A DNA stretch of 17,728 bases, taken from contig JBFMCE010000081.1 of assembly GCA_040754655.1 (NCBI GenBank), positions 1 to 17,728 of the forward strand, read 5' to 3'. This document shows positions 8,586-16,635 of this stretch, piece after piece. The notes under the pieces are model-generated. The model was not told the DNA's origin, did no database searches, and was given only the letters and a program-made list of their open reading frames with translations. The translations under genes and the position numbers were made by a program. Position 1 is the first letter of the stretch; each line of letters opens with the position of its first letter. The stretch is from Bdellovibrionota bacterium (GTDB taxonomy: Bacteria; Bdellovibrionota; UBA1018; UBA923).

Positions 8586-9356
8586 TTAGTATCGGCCAAA
8601 CTGTCTCAAGTCGAATCTAAGTTCCGCGTAGATGGCGGCATGATCTGAGAGGCTACTCCAAACGCCATCTGTAAGAATTTTCGCTTCTTCGACAGAGAGC
8701 TTTCGGCAATAGATTCTGTCTAACTTGAAAACAGGAAGCCAAGAGGGGAATGTTCGAGCATGGCTCCCTTGTTGTTTTAGGAACGCTTCTTCAAGATTAA
8801 GTTTCTTTTTGAGTATGGGTGACGCTCTCTCCTGCCAATCGTTGAAATCACCGCCGACGATGAGAGGAGCATTTCTTGGAACAAGCGATTCAATTCTCTT
8901 GCATAGATGATTGATTTGGATTTTGCGGCCTGCTTCGAATAGTCCGAGATGCAGGCAAATTGCATGAACCTCGGTGTCGACTTCGGGAATTTTGATTGTC
9001 GCATGTAAGATGCCGCGACTTTCGAGGCGATTCGTGGAGACATCGATGTTTTCGAAAGACGTGATTGGATATTTGCTAAGAATAGCGTTTCCATGGTGGC
9101 CTTCGGTATAGACCGCGTTTTTTCCGTACGCGAAATGAGGCCAAAGTTTGTCTGCAAGAAATTCGAACTGTGAAACGGTTGGCCAGTCTTTGAGTTTGTT
9201 CTTGTGTGTTTCATGGTGGCCTATGACCTCTTGAAGAAATACGAGGTCTGCATGCACAAGTTCAATGGACTCTTTAATTTGCTTCAAGATGAAATTGAGA
9301 TTAGTCGCGCTGAATCCCTTATGAATATTATAAGATAAGACTCGTAGAGTACGCAT
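8586..9356 (-). CDS. ybhP: Endonuclease/exonuclease/phosphatase (EEP) family protein, YbhP-like
   Basis: SYNIHKG, DLVFLQEV, QFEFLAD, AYGKNAVYTEGHHGNAILSKYPI, GDFNDW, TFPS, LDRIY, LSDH; adjacent to clsB. Confidence 0.92.
   Translation of the reverse strand: MRTLRVLSYNIHKGFSATNLNFILKQIKESIELVHADLVFLQEVIGHHETHKNKLKDWPTVSQFEFLADKLWPHFAYGKNAVYTEGHHGNAILSKYPITSFENIDVSTNRLESRGILHATIKIPEVDTEVHAICLHLGLFEAGRKIQINHLCKRIESLVPRNAPLIVGGDFNDWQERASPILKKKLNLEEAFLKQQGSHARTFPSWLPVFKLDRIYCRKLSVEEAKILTDGVWSSLSDHAAIYAELRFDLRQFGRY
8592..8608. promoter_or_regulatory. Putative enhancer site, distal, cco promoter (inside last codons of ybhP)
   Basis: TCGGCCA-AAC-TGTCTCA (reverse complement TGAGACA-GTT-TGGCCGA); 31 nt from the proximal site and 73 nt from GG. 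Confidence 0.5.
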
Positions 9357-9357
9357 T

Positions 9358-10488
9358 TCAAATCCAATACCTAAAGAAGAGTAAGATTTGACCTGCTATG
9401 CGTTCTCTCCAAGAGCGTTGTCTCCAGTCGGTGATGGAAACTTCTTTTGATTCTTTCAAGTCTCTTTCGAATCGATGAGCCAATGCTTCTGTCGACTTGA
9501 CGGCAGTCAAAACGACGTCGACCTCCAAATCATGGATGATGCTTCTATGATTCAAGTTCGTTGTGCCGACGGTAGCCCAATCATCGATCAGCAGCGTCTT
9601 TGCATGTAAAGGAGCGGGTAGATATTCGAAAATCTTTACGCCAGCCGTGAGCAAGCCGAAGTAAAGGGCCGAACTGATCCAGCGGATAAAAAAGACGTCA
9701 GACTTTCTTGGCACCAGCACTTTCACATCCACATTGCGCCTCGAGGCGGCCTGCAGAGCGCGGCGCAGCCGTTGTGGAGGAACAAAATATGCATTTGTGA
9801 CCCAGACCCGATGGTTTGCTGTAGAGATTTTTTTGAGTAGGTCGCGATAAGCGATTTTGCGAGCTCTGTAGTTCGAATTCAGGCGCACAAGATTTAAGGC
9901 TATCCATCGTCGGAATTTTCGCCAACGCTTTTTGGGATGAAAGGCATGCCGCGGACTCCATGCTTTTTGCCAGGCTTGGCCAAATGCGCACAAAAAATCT
10001 TGAACTCGAGATCCTTCGACAAAAACTCCGGTGTCTCTCCAAGACATGTGGGCGGCGCTAATGTTCATGCCACCGGTCCATGCTTTTTGCCGGTCGACAA
10101 CGCAAACCTTGCGATGGTTTCGTTCATTCATCGTTGAAATGCGCTTAAAAAATTTAGTGAGGGAAGGATGCTTTTCAAAGTAGGGACTTAGCGCACTAAG
10201 GGGCATCGGATGATAAATCCTAGCCTCTACTCCTGCTTTGAGTAGAGGCCGCAGAAAATCTCTAGCCCAGTGAGGCGATCCAAAACCGTCGACCATAACT
10301 CGGACATGCACGCCACGGCTCGCCGCTGCTTTGAGCTGGTTTGCGATTCTGCGGCCCAGTTCATCATCGTTGAAAATATAGGTCTCAAGGTCTATGGAAT
10401 CTTCGGCGGCAGCGAGATGTTCTTCAAGATGTGAGAAGAACCGCTTTGTTTCAAAAAAGACTTCTTCTTTGATCCAAGGTTTTAACAA
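9358..10488 (-). CDS. clsB: Cardiolipin synthase, ClsB-like (PLD family, no N-terminal TM helices)
   Basis: Two HKD motifs (HRKVCVVD...GGMN; HAKTLLID...GTTN), plus LETYIF, VDGFGS, WRDT and NAYFVP. Start reassigned to TTG at 10488, overlapping the nnrS stop and giving 376 aa; the 10929 start would overlap nnrS by about 450 nt. Confidence 0.88.
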   Translation of the reverse strand: MLKPWIKEEVFFETKRFFSHLEEHLAAAEDSIDLETYIFNDDELGRRIANQLKAAASRGVHVRVMVDGFGSPHWARDFLRPLLKAGVEARIYHPMPLSALSPYFEKHPSLTKFFKRISTMNERNHRKVCVVDRQKAWTGGMNISAAHMSWRDTGVFVEGSRVQDFLCAFGQAWQKAWSPRHAFHPKKRWRKFRRWIALNLVRLNSNYRARKIAYRDLLKKISTANHRVWVTNAYFVPPQRLRRALQAASRRNVDVKVLVPRKSDVFFIRWISSALYFGLLTAGVKIFEYLPAPLHAKTLLIDDWATVGTTNLNHRSIIHDLEVDVVLTAVKSTEALAHRFERDLKESKEVSITDWRQRSWRERIAGQILLFFRYWI

Positions 10489-11660
10489 TGTTCCGCGCTT
10501 TCTTCTTTGTCTTTTGATTGGAAAATTTTCGTCATGAAGATAGAGCCCCATATCGTGAGACCGAGAATCCAGCAAACGGCGGCGTAGGTAAGGTGGCTCT
10601 GATAAATCGCGGGAGTGAGTGGTGCTGCTGCTCTGGTCAACGCGGCAAGAACGATAAAAACCGTGGCGTAGCGTATGGCCTTTGAGCGTTCTTCGAGTTC
10701 TGTGTCGTGACCACCATGAGAAAGGATTACGCGCGATGCGATCATGAGAGTCATGAGGCCAAATCCGCCGATGAAGGTCAGATGGAGAAAATGTGCCCCA
10801 TAAGCAGGCAAAGCGGCATTTCCCAGTAGTCCGAGAAGCATCAGCCAACAAGAGAACCAGAGCCCCCAGCTGAGGCGTGTCCTTTCGCGTGGCAAACGAT
10901 GAATCTTCCATGCGCCAATGGCAATCCATGTACAGGCAGCCGCGCGAAGACCACGACCCAAAATCGTGTTCGCAAAAACTTCGATAGGAAACGAAACAGC
11001 GAGCGCTATGACGTTGATCCAGATGAATTTGGGAATTGCTTGCATGAAGGCCGCGGGCTTCTCATTAGGTTGGCTGATTTGAACCTTCGGAAGTTCGGCC
11101 CAGCCAAGCAAAGCGGGAATTAGACGGCTGCCAACGCCTAGAACAAGACTTAACATCATGCCGTGAAGATAAAAAAGCCTGCCAAGGAGTATGAGCGAGC
11201 CTGTGACGATTTGAAAATCTGCCAATATTGAGATCACTATTCCGAATAAGCCTGAAATAAGTCCGAATCCGACGAAAAGAAATGGTGGCGGAGGATCAAA
11301 GCTCCGGCTCCGGAAGCGACGCAATCCAAAGCTGATGAGACAAATGAGGCCAAGTGCCGTGGCGACATGAATAGCATTGGATTTTTCAAAGAAACTACTC
11401 GTCAGGACGGCAACACCAATACCACCGATTGTGAAGAGTTCGCCTGTCGTCGCGATGTCGCTTCCTGTAAAGCGAGGTACGGCGGTCACCAAGAATCCTG
11501 AAGCGAAACAAAATAGGAACCCACCCATCATGACGTCGGCGTGAAGTGTTCCAGGATAGCTATGGAACCAGTCGAAAGCGAAGCCAATCCAAAGTAGGGC
11601 ACCCCAAATGCTGAGGCAAAGCCCGATTGGGAAGAGTAATTTGTAAGGATTCGATCTCAC
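10482..11660 (-). CDS. nnrS: NnrS family membrane protein (NO-stress response)
   Basis: PYKLLFP, LHADVMMGGF...GFLVTAVPRFTG, GSRLIP, HLTFIGG, RVILSHGG; about 12 TM segments; GTG start overlaps the regulator stop (GTGA). Confidence 0.88.
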   Translation of the reverse strand: MRSNPYKLLFPIGLCLSIWGALLWIGFAFDWFHSYPGTLHADVMMGGFLFCFASGFLVTAVPRFTGSDIATTGELFTIGGIGVAVLTSSFFEKSNAIHVATALGLICLISFGLRRFRSRSFDPPPPFLFVGFGLISGLFGIVISILADFQIVTGSLILLGRLFYLHGMMLSLVLGVGSRLIPALLGWAELPKVQISQPNEKPAAFMQAIPKFIWINVIALAVSFPIEVFANTILGRGLRAAACTWIAIGAWKIHRLPRERTRLSWGLWFSCWLMLLGLLGNAALPAYGAHFLHLTFIGGFGLMTLMIASRVILSHGGHDTELEERSKAIRYATVFIVLAALTRAAAPLTPAIYQSHLTYAAVCWILGLTIWGSIFMTKIFQSKDKEESAEHC

Positions 11661-13090
11661 GAGTCTTCAGGAAAATCCGCAGGCTCTTGCTCATCTCCCG
11701 TAAGGAGGCCGTATTCCCTCTCCTTGCGATAAAGGGTCCTGCGATTGATGCCCAAGATTTGGGCAGCTTTGTCTTTCCTGCCTCCGGTTTTCTCTAGCAC
11801 AAGCTCCATGTAGCGTTTTTCAAGAACTTCAACCGTCGGAAAATCTGAAGTGGCTGCACCAAAGAATTGATCGGCCGTAGCGACGTCAGACGTGGGGACA
11901 TCTTTGTCATCGATAAGCGATTCGGAACAAAGCACCACGGCGCGTTCGACGATGTTTTCGAGTTCGCGTACGTTGCCTTCCCACTTCGCGTTGACCAGCT
12001 TATTCATCGCGCTCTTCGTAAAGCCGGTAGCTTTCGAACCATTAGCAGCCGAATATTTGCGCAAGAAATGCTCTGCTAAGATCGGAATGTCCTCTTTGCG
12101 GTGGCGAAGCGGCGGAATGACGATCGGGATCACGCTTAAACGGTAATAAAGGTCTTCACGAAAGATGCCTTGTTTGATTCCGGCCTTTATGTCCTTGTGG
12201 GTTGCCGCGATGATTCGCACATCGATATCTTTTGTGGTGTTGGCGCCCACAGGACGAATCTTTCGCTCCTGAATCACGCGCAAGAGCTTTGCTTGCAGCG
12301 AGGGGTTCATGTCTCCGATTTCATCAAGAAATAGAGTTCCGCCTTCGGCCTCTTCGAATAATCCCTTTTTCTGCTGAACGGCACCCGTGAATGAACCTTT
12401 CGCATGCCCAAAAAGCTCTGACTCAAGAAGGTTCTCTGGGATCGCCGTGCAGTTGATGGCCACGAAGGGTTTGTCCTTGCGAGGGCCAGCATTGTGAATC
12501 GCCCGCGCGACCATTTCCTTGCCTGTTCCGCTCTCGCCCGTGATCAACACGTTGGCGTTGGCCTGTGAAACGCGGCTCACGAGGTCAAAGACCTCTTTCA
12601 TGCCTTGGCTTTTTCCGATGACGTCGCCAAGCGACCAAGATCGTTTGACTTCTTGGCGCAAGACCAAGTTGTCGCGAGACAGCTTTCTGTATTCGAGTGC
12701 TCGATCAGCGGTGACTCGCATTTCGGTGAGCTTGAACGGTTTGACGATGTAATCGTAGGCACCACGGCGAATAGCTTCGATTGCGGATTCGATGCTTCCG
12801 AACGCGGTAATAAGAATCACGGGTACTTTTGGGCAGATCTGCTTTAGCCGTTCCGCGAATTCCATTCCATCCACGTGGGGCATGTTGATGTCTGAAATAA
12901 TCAGATCAACACTTTCGTGTGGGATCTCCACTTTGCTGTCCGTCGCACCTGCTCCAAACGCGCGAAGCGCATCTGTCGCCAATCCAAAGACTGAGGTTTG
13001 AAAGCCTTCGGCTGAAAAGAAATCCTTCAGCAGAAGCCGCAGCTCTTTGTCGTCGTCGACGATTACGATATGGCCCTTGTGATCCTTCAT
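11657..13090 (-). CDS. sigma54-dependent response regulator (NtrC/AtoC/ZraR family: REC - AAA+ - Fis HTH)
   Basis: REC (IVDDD, IISDINMP, ITAFG, KPF), Walker A GESGTGKE, ESELFGHAKGSFTGA, Walker B FLDEIG, FREDLYYRL, WEGNVRELEN, HTH AAQILGINRRTLYRK. Start taken as ATG 13090 (GAGGAG 7 nt upstream), not GTG 13108. Confidence 0.96.
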   Translation of the reverse strand: MKDHKGHIVIVDDDKELRLLLKDFFSAEGFQTSVFGLATDALRAFGAGATDSKVEIPHESVDLIISDINMPHVDGMEFAERLKQICPKVPVILITAFGSIESAIEAIRRGAYDYIVKPFKLTEMRVTADRALEYRKLSRDNLVLRQEVKRSWSLGDVIGKSQGMKEVFDLVSRVSQANANVLITGESGTGKEMVARAIHNAGPRKDKPFVAINCTAIPENLLESELFGHAKGSFTGAVQQKKGLFEEAEGGTLFLDEIGDMNPSLQAKLLRVIQERKIRPVGANTTKDIDVRIIAATHKDIKAGIKQGIFREDLYYRLSVIPIVIPPLRHRKEDIPILAEHFLRKYSAANGSKATGFTKSAMNKLVNAKWEGNVRELENIVERAVVLCSESLIDDKDVPTSDVATADQFFGAATSDFPTVEVLEKRYMELVLEKTGGRKDKAAQILGINRRTLYRKEREYGLLTGDEQEPADFPEDS

Positions 13091-13171
13091 GAGACAGCTC
13101 CTCTCCACATCCTGCTACAAGGCAGTCCTGCGGACTGACGTACGTCTCGGGCTCCTGCCCTCGACGCCTCT

Positions 13172-13188
13172 TGAGACAAAATGTCCCC
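13172..13188. promoter_or_regulatory. Putative bEBP binding site upstream of the regulator gene
   Basis: TGAGACA-AAA-TGTCCCC, 13/14 match to the recurring motif. Confidence 0.7.
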
Positions 13189-13192
13189 TGTA

Positions 13193-13209
13193 TGAGACAT
13201 TATTACCAC
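13193..13209. promoter_or_regulatory. Second putative bEBP binding site upstream of the regulator gene
   Basis: TGAGACA-TTA-TTACCAC; perfect left half-site, 21 nt (two helical turns) from the 13172 site. Confidence 0.55.
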
Positions 13210-13235
13210 ACAAGGCCCTCTAACTATAGAGAATC

Positions 13236-13814
13236 TTAGTGCTTTCCTATAGATACAGCAGGGATTGTGCCAAGGTGCTCCAAGAGGGTCTCGAAGCGTT
13301 GAGCGAAGGCTCGAACCTCGTCCCAGTTCGTGTATTCGTAATCGCGGCTGGTGTCGGTATCACCGCCGGCTTTGCCTGCAATGTTCTTCATCAAGAGCTT
13401 CTTGAGCCAACCGTATTGGGAATACTTGAGCGCTCCAGCGAAGATGGTATGTAGCTCTGGGCTCCAACCTGCCTCGCGAAAGAAGTTTGCGACAATCTCA
13501 GCTTCCTCACGCTTTGCTTTGAGGTTCTTTTCTAGGATTCCAAGGCACACCGAAAAGAATGCCGAAGGTTTTCCGTGAATAAATACGAAATTTCTTCCGA
13601 CCCATTTTCGAAGTGCTTTATCGAATTTTCCTATGTGCACGGAAGAGCCAACGATAATGGCGTCGAATGCTTCGAGTTCCTTTCCTGTTGGTGCTTCAGA
13701 GGCAGGAAAGGTACGAACTCGGTGGCCCTTGCTCGAGATCTCTCGGGCAAGAGTTTCGGAGATCTTCGCGGTCTGTCCTTCAGTAGTTCCATAAACAATA
13801 AGTACGTGTGCCAT
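13236..13814 (-). CDS. hemG: Flavodoxin-domain protein, HemG-like menaquinone-dependent protoporphyrinogen IX dehydrogenase
   Basis: IVYGTTEGQTAKI (FMN P-loop), VGSSVHIGKF, AFFSVCL, FAGALKYSQYGW, DTSRDYEYTNWDEV; SD GGAGG. Confidence 0.85.
   Translation of the reverse strand: MAHVLIVYGTTEGQTAKISETLAREISSKGHRVRTFPASEAPTGKELEAFDAIIVGSSVHIGKFDKALRKWVGRNFVFIHGKPSAFFSVCLGILEKNLKAKREEAEIVANFFREAGWSPELHTIFAGALKYSQYGWLKKLLMKNIAGKAGGDTDTSRDYEYTNWDEVRAFAQRFETLLEHLGTIPAVSIGKH
13257..13272 (-). promoter_or_regulatory. Candidate sigma54 promoter for the regulator-nnrS-clsB-ybhP unit, embedded in the hemG 3' tail
   Basis: Minus strand TGGCACA-ATCC-CTGCT; GG(13271,13270)-N10-GC(13259,13258); followed by TATCTAT, which also follows the ccoI promoter. 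Confidence 0.6.
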
Positions 13815-13817
13815 GAT

Positions 13818-14288
13818 TCATCCCTCCAAAAGGCTTCTGAGCATCCACGCTGTTTTTTCGTGAAGCTGCATGCGTTGAGTAAGAAGATCTGCTGAGGCTT
13901 CGTCGCTCGCTTTCTCTACAGACGCGAACGCAGAGCGCGCTGTTCGAATGACGGCCTCGTGGCCTTCGACAAGTTGTTGGATCATCTCGCGTGAATTCGG
14001 AACGCCATCGGGCTCTTTGACTGACGTGAGCTTCGAAAACTCTTTGTAAGTAGCCGGAGCATAGACTCCAAGAGCGCGAATGCGTTCGGCGATCAGATCT
14101 ATTGCCGTCGAGAGTTCAGTATATTGTTGCTCGAACATCAAGTGCAGCGTCTGAAACATCGGACCTGTGACGTTCCAATGAAAGTTGTGCGTTTTCAAGT
14201 AAAGGGTGTATGAGTCCGCCAAAAGCTTCGACAGCTCTCCTGCGATTGTTTTTCGATCATTCTCTGAGATTCCGATATTGATTGCCAT
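13818..14288 (-). CDS. dps: Dps family DNA starvation/stationary-phase protection protein (156 aa)
   Basis: [47 protein letters not shown]; start taken at ATG 14288 (AAAGGA upstream) rather than 14303. Confidence 0.97.
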   Translation of the reverse strand: MAINIGISENDRKTIAGELSKLLADSYTLYLKTHNFHWNVTGPMFQTLHLMFEQQYTELSTAIDLIAERIRALGVYAPATYKEFSKLTSVKEPDGVPNSREMIQQLVEGHEAVIRTARSAFASVEKASDEASADLLTQRMQLHEKTAWMLRSLLEG

Positions 14289-14315
14289 ATAAGTTCCTTT
14301 CATTTGATTTTACGG

Positions 14316-15374
14316 TTACGGAGTAATTGCGACTTTCAGCACGCCGTCTCTTTGATGAGAGAACAGCTCATACGCTTCTTGAATTTCGTCGAGCTTGAAC
14401 CGATGAGTGACCATTGGTCTAAGATCAACAGACCCGGCGCTCACCACTTCCATGAGTCGTCGCATTCTTTCTTTGCCGCCAGGGCAAAGAGTCGCGTGAA
14501 CTTTGTGGTCACCAAGACCTGCTGCAAAGGCATCGAGCGGCAGAGTCAGTTTTCCGGAATAAACGCCTAAGCTCGAGAGAGTGCCGCCTGGTCTCAGTGA
14601 ACGAAGACACGATTCGAACGTTTGCTGCGATCCAAGCGCTTCAATGGCGACATCCACTCCCCGATTTGAAGTCAGTCTTATGATCTCTTTTACAGGATCT
14701 GTTTTTTCGTAATTGATGATGTCGGTCGCGCCCATGGCTTTCGCCATTTCGAGGCGACGTTCGAGGTGGTCAACGACGATGATGCGCGAGGCTCCGCGCA
14801 AGCGAGCGCCAGCTGTTGCGCAAAGCCCAATGGGGCCTTGAGCGAAAACAGCGACAGTATCACCAATTTTGATGCTGCCGCTTTCGGCGCCGCCGAAACC
14901 AGTGCTCATAATGTCAGGACACATGAGCACTTGCTCGTCAGTCAGGTGATCAGGAACAGGACTCAAGTTCGCCTGGGCATTTGGCACTAAGACGTATTCC
15001 GCTTGGCAACCATCGATCGTGTTTCCAAAACGCCAACCGCCCATCAAATGGCCGCCGCATTGTGCCTGAACCCCATCAAGGCAAGGGTTGCATTGGCCGC
15101 AGGGAGTAATTGCTCCAGCGATGACCCGTTGACCGATCTTGTATCCACTCACCGCGGAGCCCAGTTCAGCAATAACGCCGACAGGTTCATGCCCAACGGT
15201 AAGACCTGGTTTAACGGGATATTCGCCTTTGAGGATGTGAACATCGGTTCCGCAGATAGTGGTGGTTGTGATGCGAATCAGGGCGTCTGTGGGACCGACT
15301 TTCGGAACGGTTTTTTTTTGAATTTCGATCAAGCCTGGTCTTACAAATACCGCGGCTTTCATTGTCTTATCCAT
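14316..15374 (-). CDS. Zn-dependent NAD(P) alcohol dehydrogenase (MDR family)
   Basis: TICGTDVH, GHEPVG, structural Zn CGQCNPC...C, CPDIMSTG (Asp as third catalytic ligand), AQGPIG. Start uncertain: 15374 (GGAG 6 nt upstream), 15362 (ATGA overlap) or 15386. Confidence 0.92.
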   Translation of the reverse strand: MDKTMKAAVFVRPGLIEIQKKTVPKVGPTDALIRITTTTICGTDVHILKGEYPVKPGLTVGHEPVGVIAELGSAVSGYKIGQRVIAGAITPCGQCNPCLDGVQAQCGGHLMGGWRFGNTIDGCQAEYVLVPNAQANLSPVPDHLTDEQVLMCPDIMSTGFGGAESGSIKIGDTVAVFAQGPIGLCATAGARLRGASRIIVVDHLERRLEMAKAMGATDIINYEKTDPVKEIIRLTSNRGVDVAIEALGSQQTFESCLRSLRPGGTLSSLGVYSGKLTLPLDAFAAGLGDHKVHATLCPGGKERMRRLMEVVSAGSVDLRPMVTHRFKLDEIQEAYELFSHQRDGVLKVAITP

Positions 15375-16633
15375 ATTTCTCTCCATGCCTTTTCTAATTT
15401 TTCTCGCTCTTCCGGATGCGCGATCGAGATCAGCGCTTTAGCTCTTTGAGCCAGTGTCAGGCCGTAAAGATCAACAACTCCGTGCTCGGTAATCACGTAA
15501 TGGACGTGAGCGCGTGTCGTGACGACACCGGCACCTTGCTTGAGCATCGGAACAATTCTTGAAATGCCTTTTCTGGTCTTGCTCGTAAGGGCGATAATCG
15601 GTTTTCCGCCGATGGAAAGCGAAGCACCGCGCATGAAATCGATTTGTCCGCCTGCGCCCGAGATCACTCGAGGCCCAATCGAGTCAGCGCAGACTTGACC
15701 AGTCAGATCAATTTCGACGGCAGAGTTTATGGCAACGACCTTTGGATTTCTCGCAATATTGATGGGGCTGTTCACATATCCAACGTCGAGCCCGACGACA
15801 CTGGGATTATCGTGGACGAAGTCGTAGAGTCTCTTTGACCCCATGATGAAGCTAGAAACGGTTCTTCCCGGGTGCATTTTCTTTTGTGAGTTATCGACAA
15901 CGCCACAACGAATTAATTCAAGGGCTCCATCGCTCCACATCTCAGTATGAATTCCCAGATGACGATGCCCCTTGAGTTCGGCCAGGACTGCATCGGGAAT
16001 TGTCCCGATGCCCATTTGTAAAGTAGAGCCATCTTCAATAATTCCCGAAGCGAAGCGACCGATAGCGGTTTCTTCAGCAGTCGGCGGAGTTCGTTTCACT
16101 TCTGGCAGCGGACTATCGACTTCGATGGCATGGTGAATTTGGTCTACATGGATAAATCCGTCTCCATGAACCCGAGGCATCTGTAGATTAATTTGCGCGA
16201 TGATCACTTTCGCTGCGTCGACAGCGGCTCGTGCGGCGTCTACGCTCGTGCCCAGCGTGCAGAACCCGTGTTGGTCTGGCGGTGACACTTGAATGAGAGC
16301 CACATCGATCGGGACTTTTCCAGATCGAAGAAGCTGCGGAATCTCAGATAAGAAACAGGGGATATAGTCGACATGGCCTGGGTCGAGTTTTTCGCGCATG
16401 TTGGCGCCAACAAAGAATGCCGAAACTTTAAAGCTCGCTCGATATGCAGGGTCTGCGTATTTCATTTCACCTATGGTGTGAAGATGAAAGAGCTCGACGT
16501 TCCGCAGACGAGAAGCATCTTCCACTAGAGCCTTGAGAAGGCGGCTCGGAGTCGCTGCGGCGCCGTGTACGAAAATGCGCTGATTTGATTGAATGGCTGC
16601 TATAGCGTCTTTGGCATTCTGATACTTCTTCAT
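15359..16633 (-). CDS. Acetyl-CoA hydrolase/transferase family (4-hydroxybutyrate CoA-transferase-like)
   Basis: QVSPPDQHGFCTLG, TLQMGIGTIP, LGIHTEM (catalytic Glu), INSAVEIDLTGQVCADSIG, SGAGGQIDFMRGA, ITEHG, LISIAHP. Confidence 0.95.
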   Translation of the reverse strand: MKKYQNAKDAIAAIQSNQRIFVHGAAATPSRLLKALVEDASRLRNVELFHLHTIGEMKYADPAYRASFKVSAFFVGANMREKLDPGHVDYIPCFLSEIPQLLRSGKVPIDVALIQVSPPDQHGFCTLGTSVDAARAAVDAAKVIIAQINLQMPRVHGDGFIHVDQIHHAIEVDSPLPEVKRTPPTAEETAIGRFASGIIEDGSTLQMGIGTIPDAVLAELKGHRHLGIHTEMWSDGALELIRCGVVDNSQKKMHPGRTVSSFIMGSKRLYDFVHDNPSVVGLDVGYVNSPINIARNPKVVAINSAVEIDLTGQVCADSIGPRVISGAGGQIDFMRGASLSIGGKPIIALTSKTRKGISRIVPMLKQGAGVVTTRAHVHYVITEHGVVDLYGLTLAQRAKALISIAHPEEREKLEKAWREIWIRQ

Positions 16634-16635
16634 GC

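Noticed and set aside
10489..10929. 147-codon N-terminal extension of the cardiolipin synthase ORF in the track
   Set aside because: It overlaps nnrS in another frame and is Arg/Ser/His-rich like an off-frame read; ClsB-like similarity begins at LKPW, next to TTG 10488.
11336..11352. TGAGACAAATGAGGCCA, similar to the LOG proximal site
   Set aside because: It is inside nnrS coding sequence, unpaired, and has no GG-N10-GC at the expected offset; likely chance.
13123..13137. Hairpin as an intrinsic terminator
   Set aside because: The stem is only 6 bp with no U-tract. No convincing rho-independent terminator was seen anywhere in the window.
13798..13813. TGGCACA at the hemG start as another sigma54 site
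   Set aside because: There is no GC or GT at the -12 position (reads TGGCACACGTACTTAT).
15311..15319. 9-nt homopolymer in adh (also an 8-nt run at 512-519 in LOG) as phase-variation tracts
   Set aside because: Both frames are intact, the runs are short A/T tracts explained by QKK and IFF codons, and one sequence gives no evidence of slippage.
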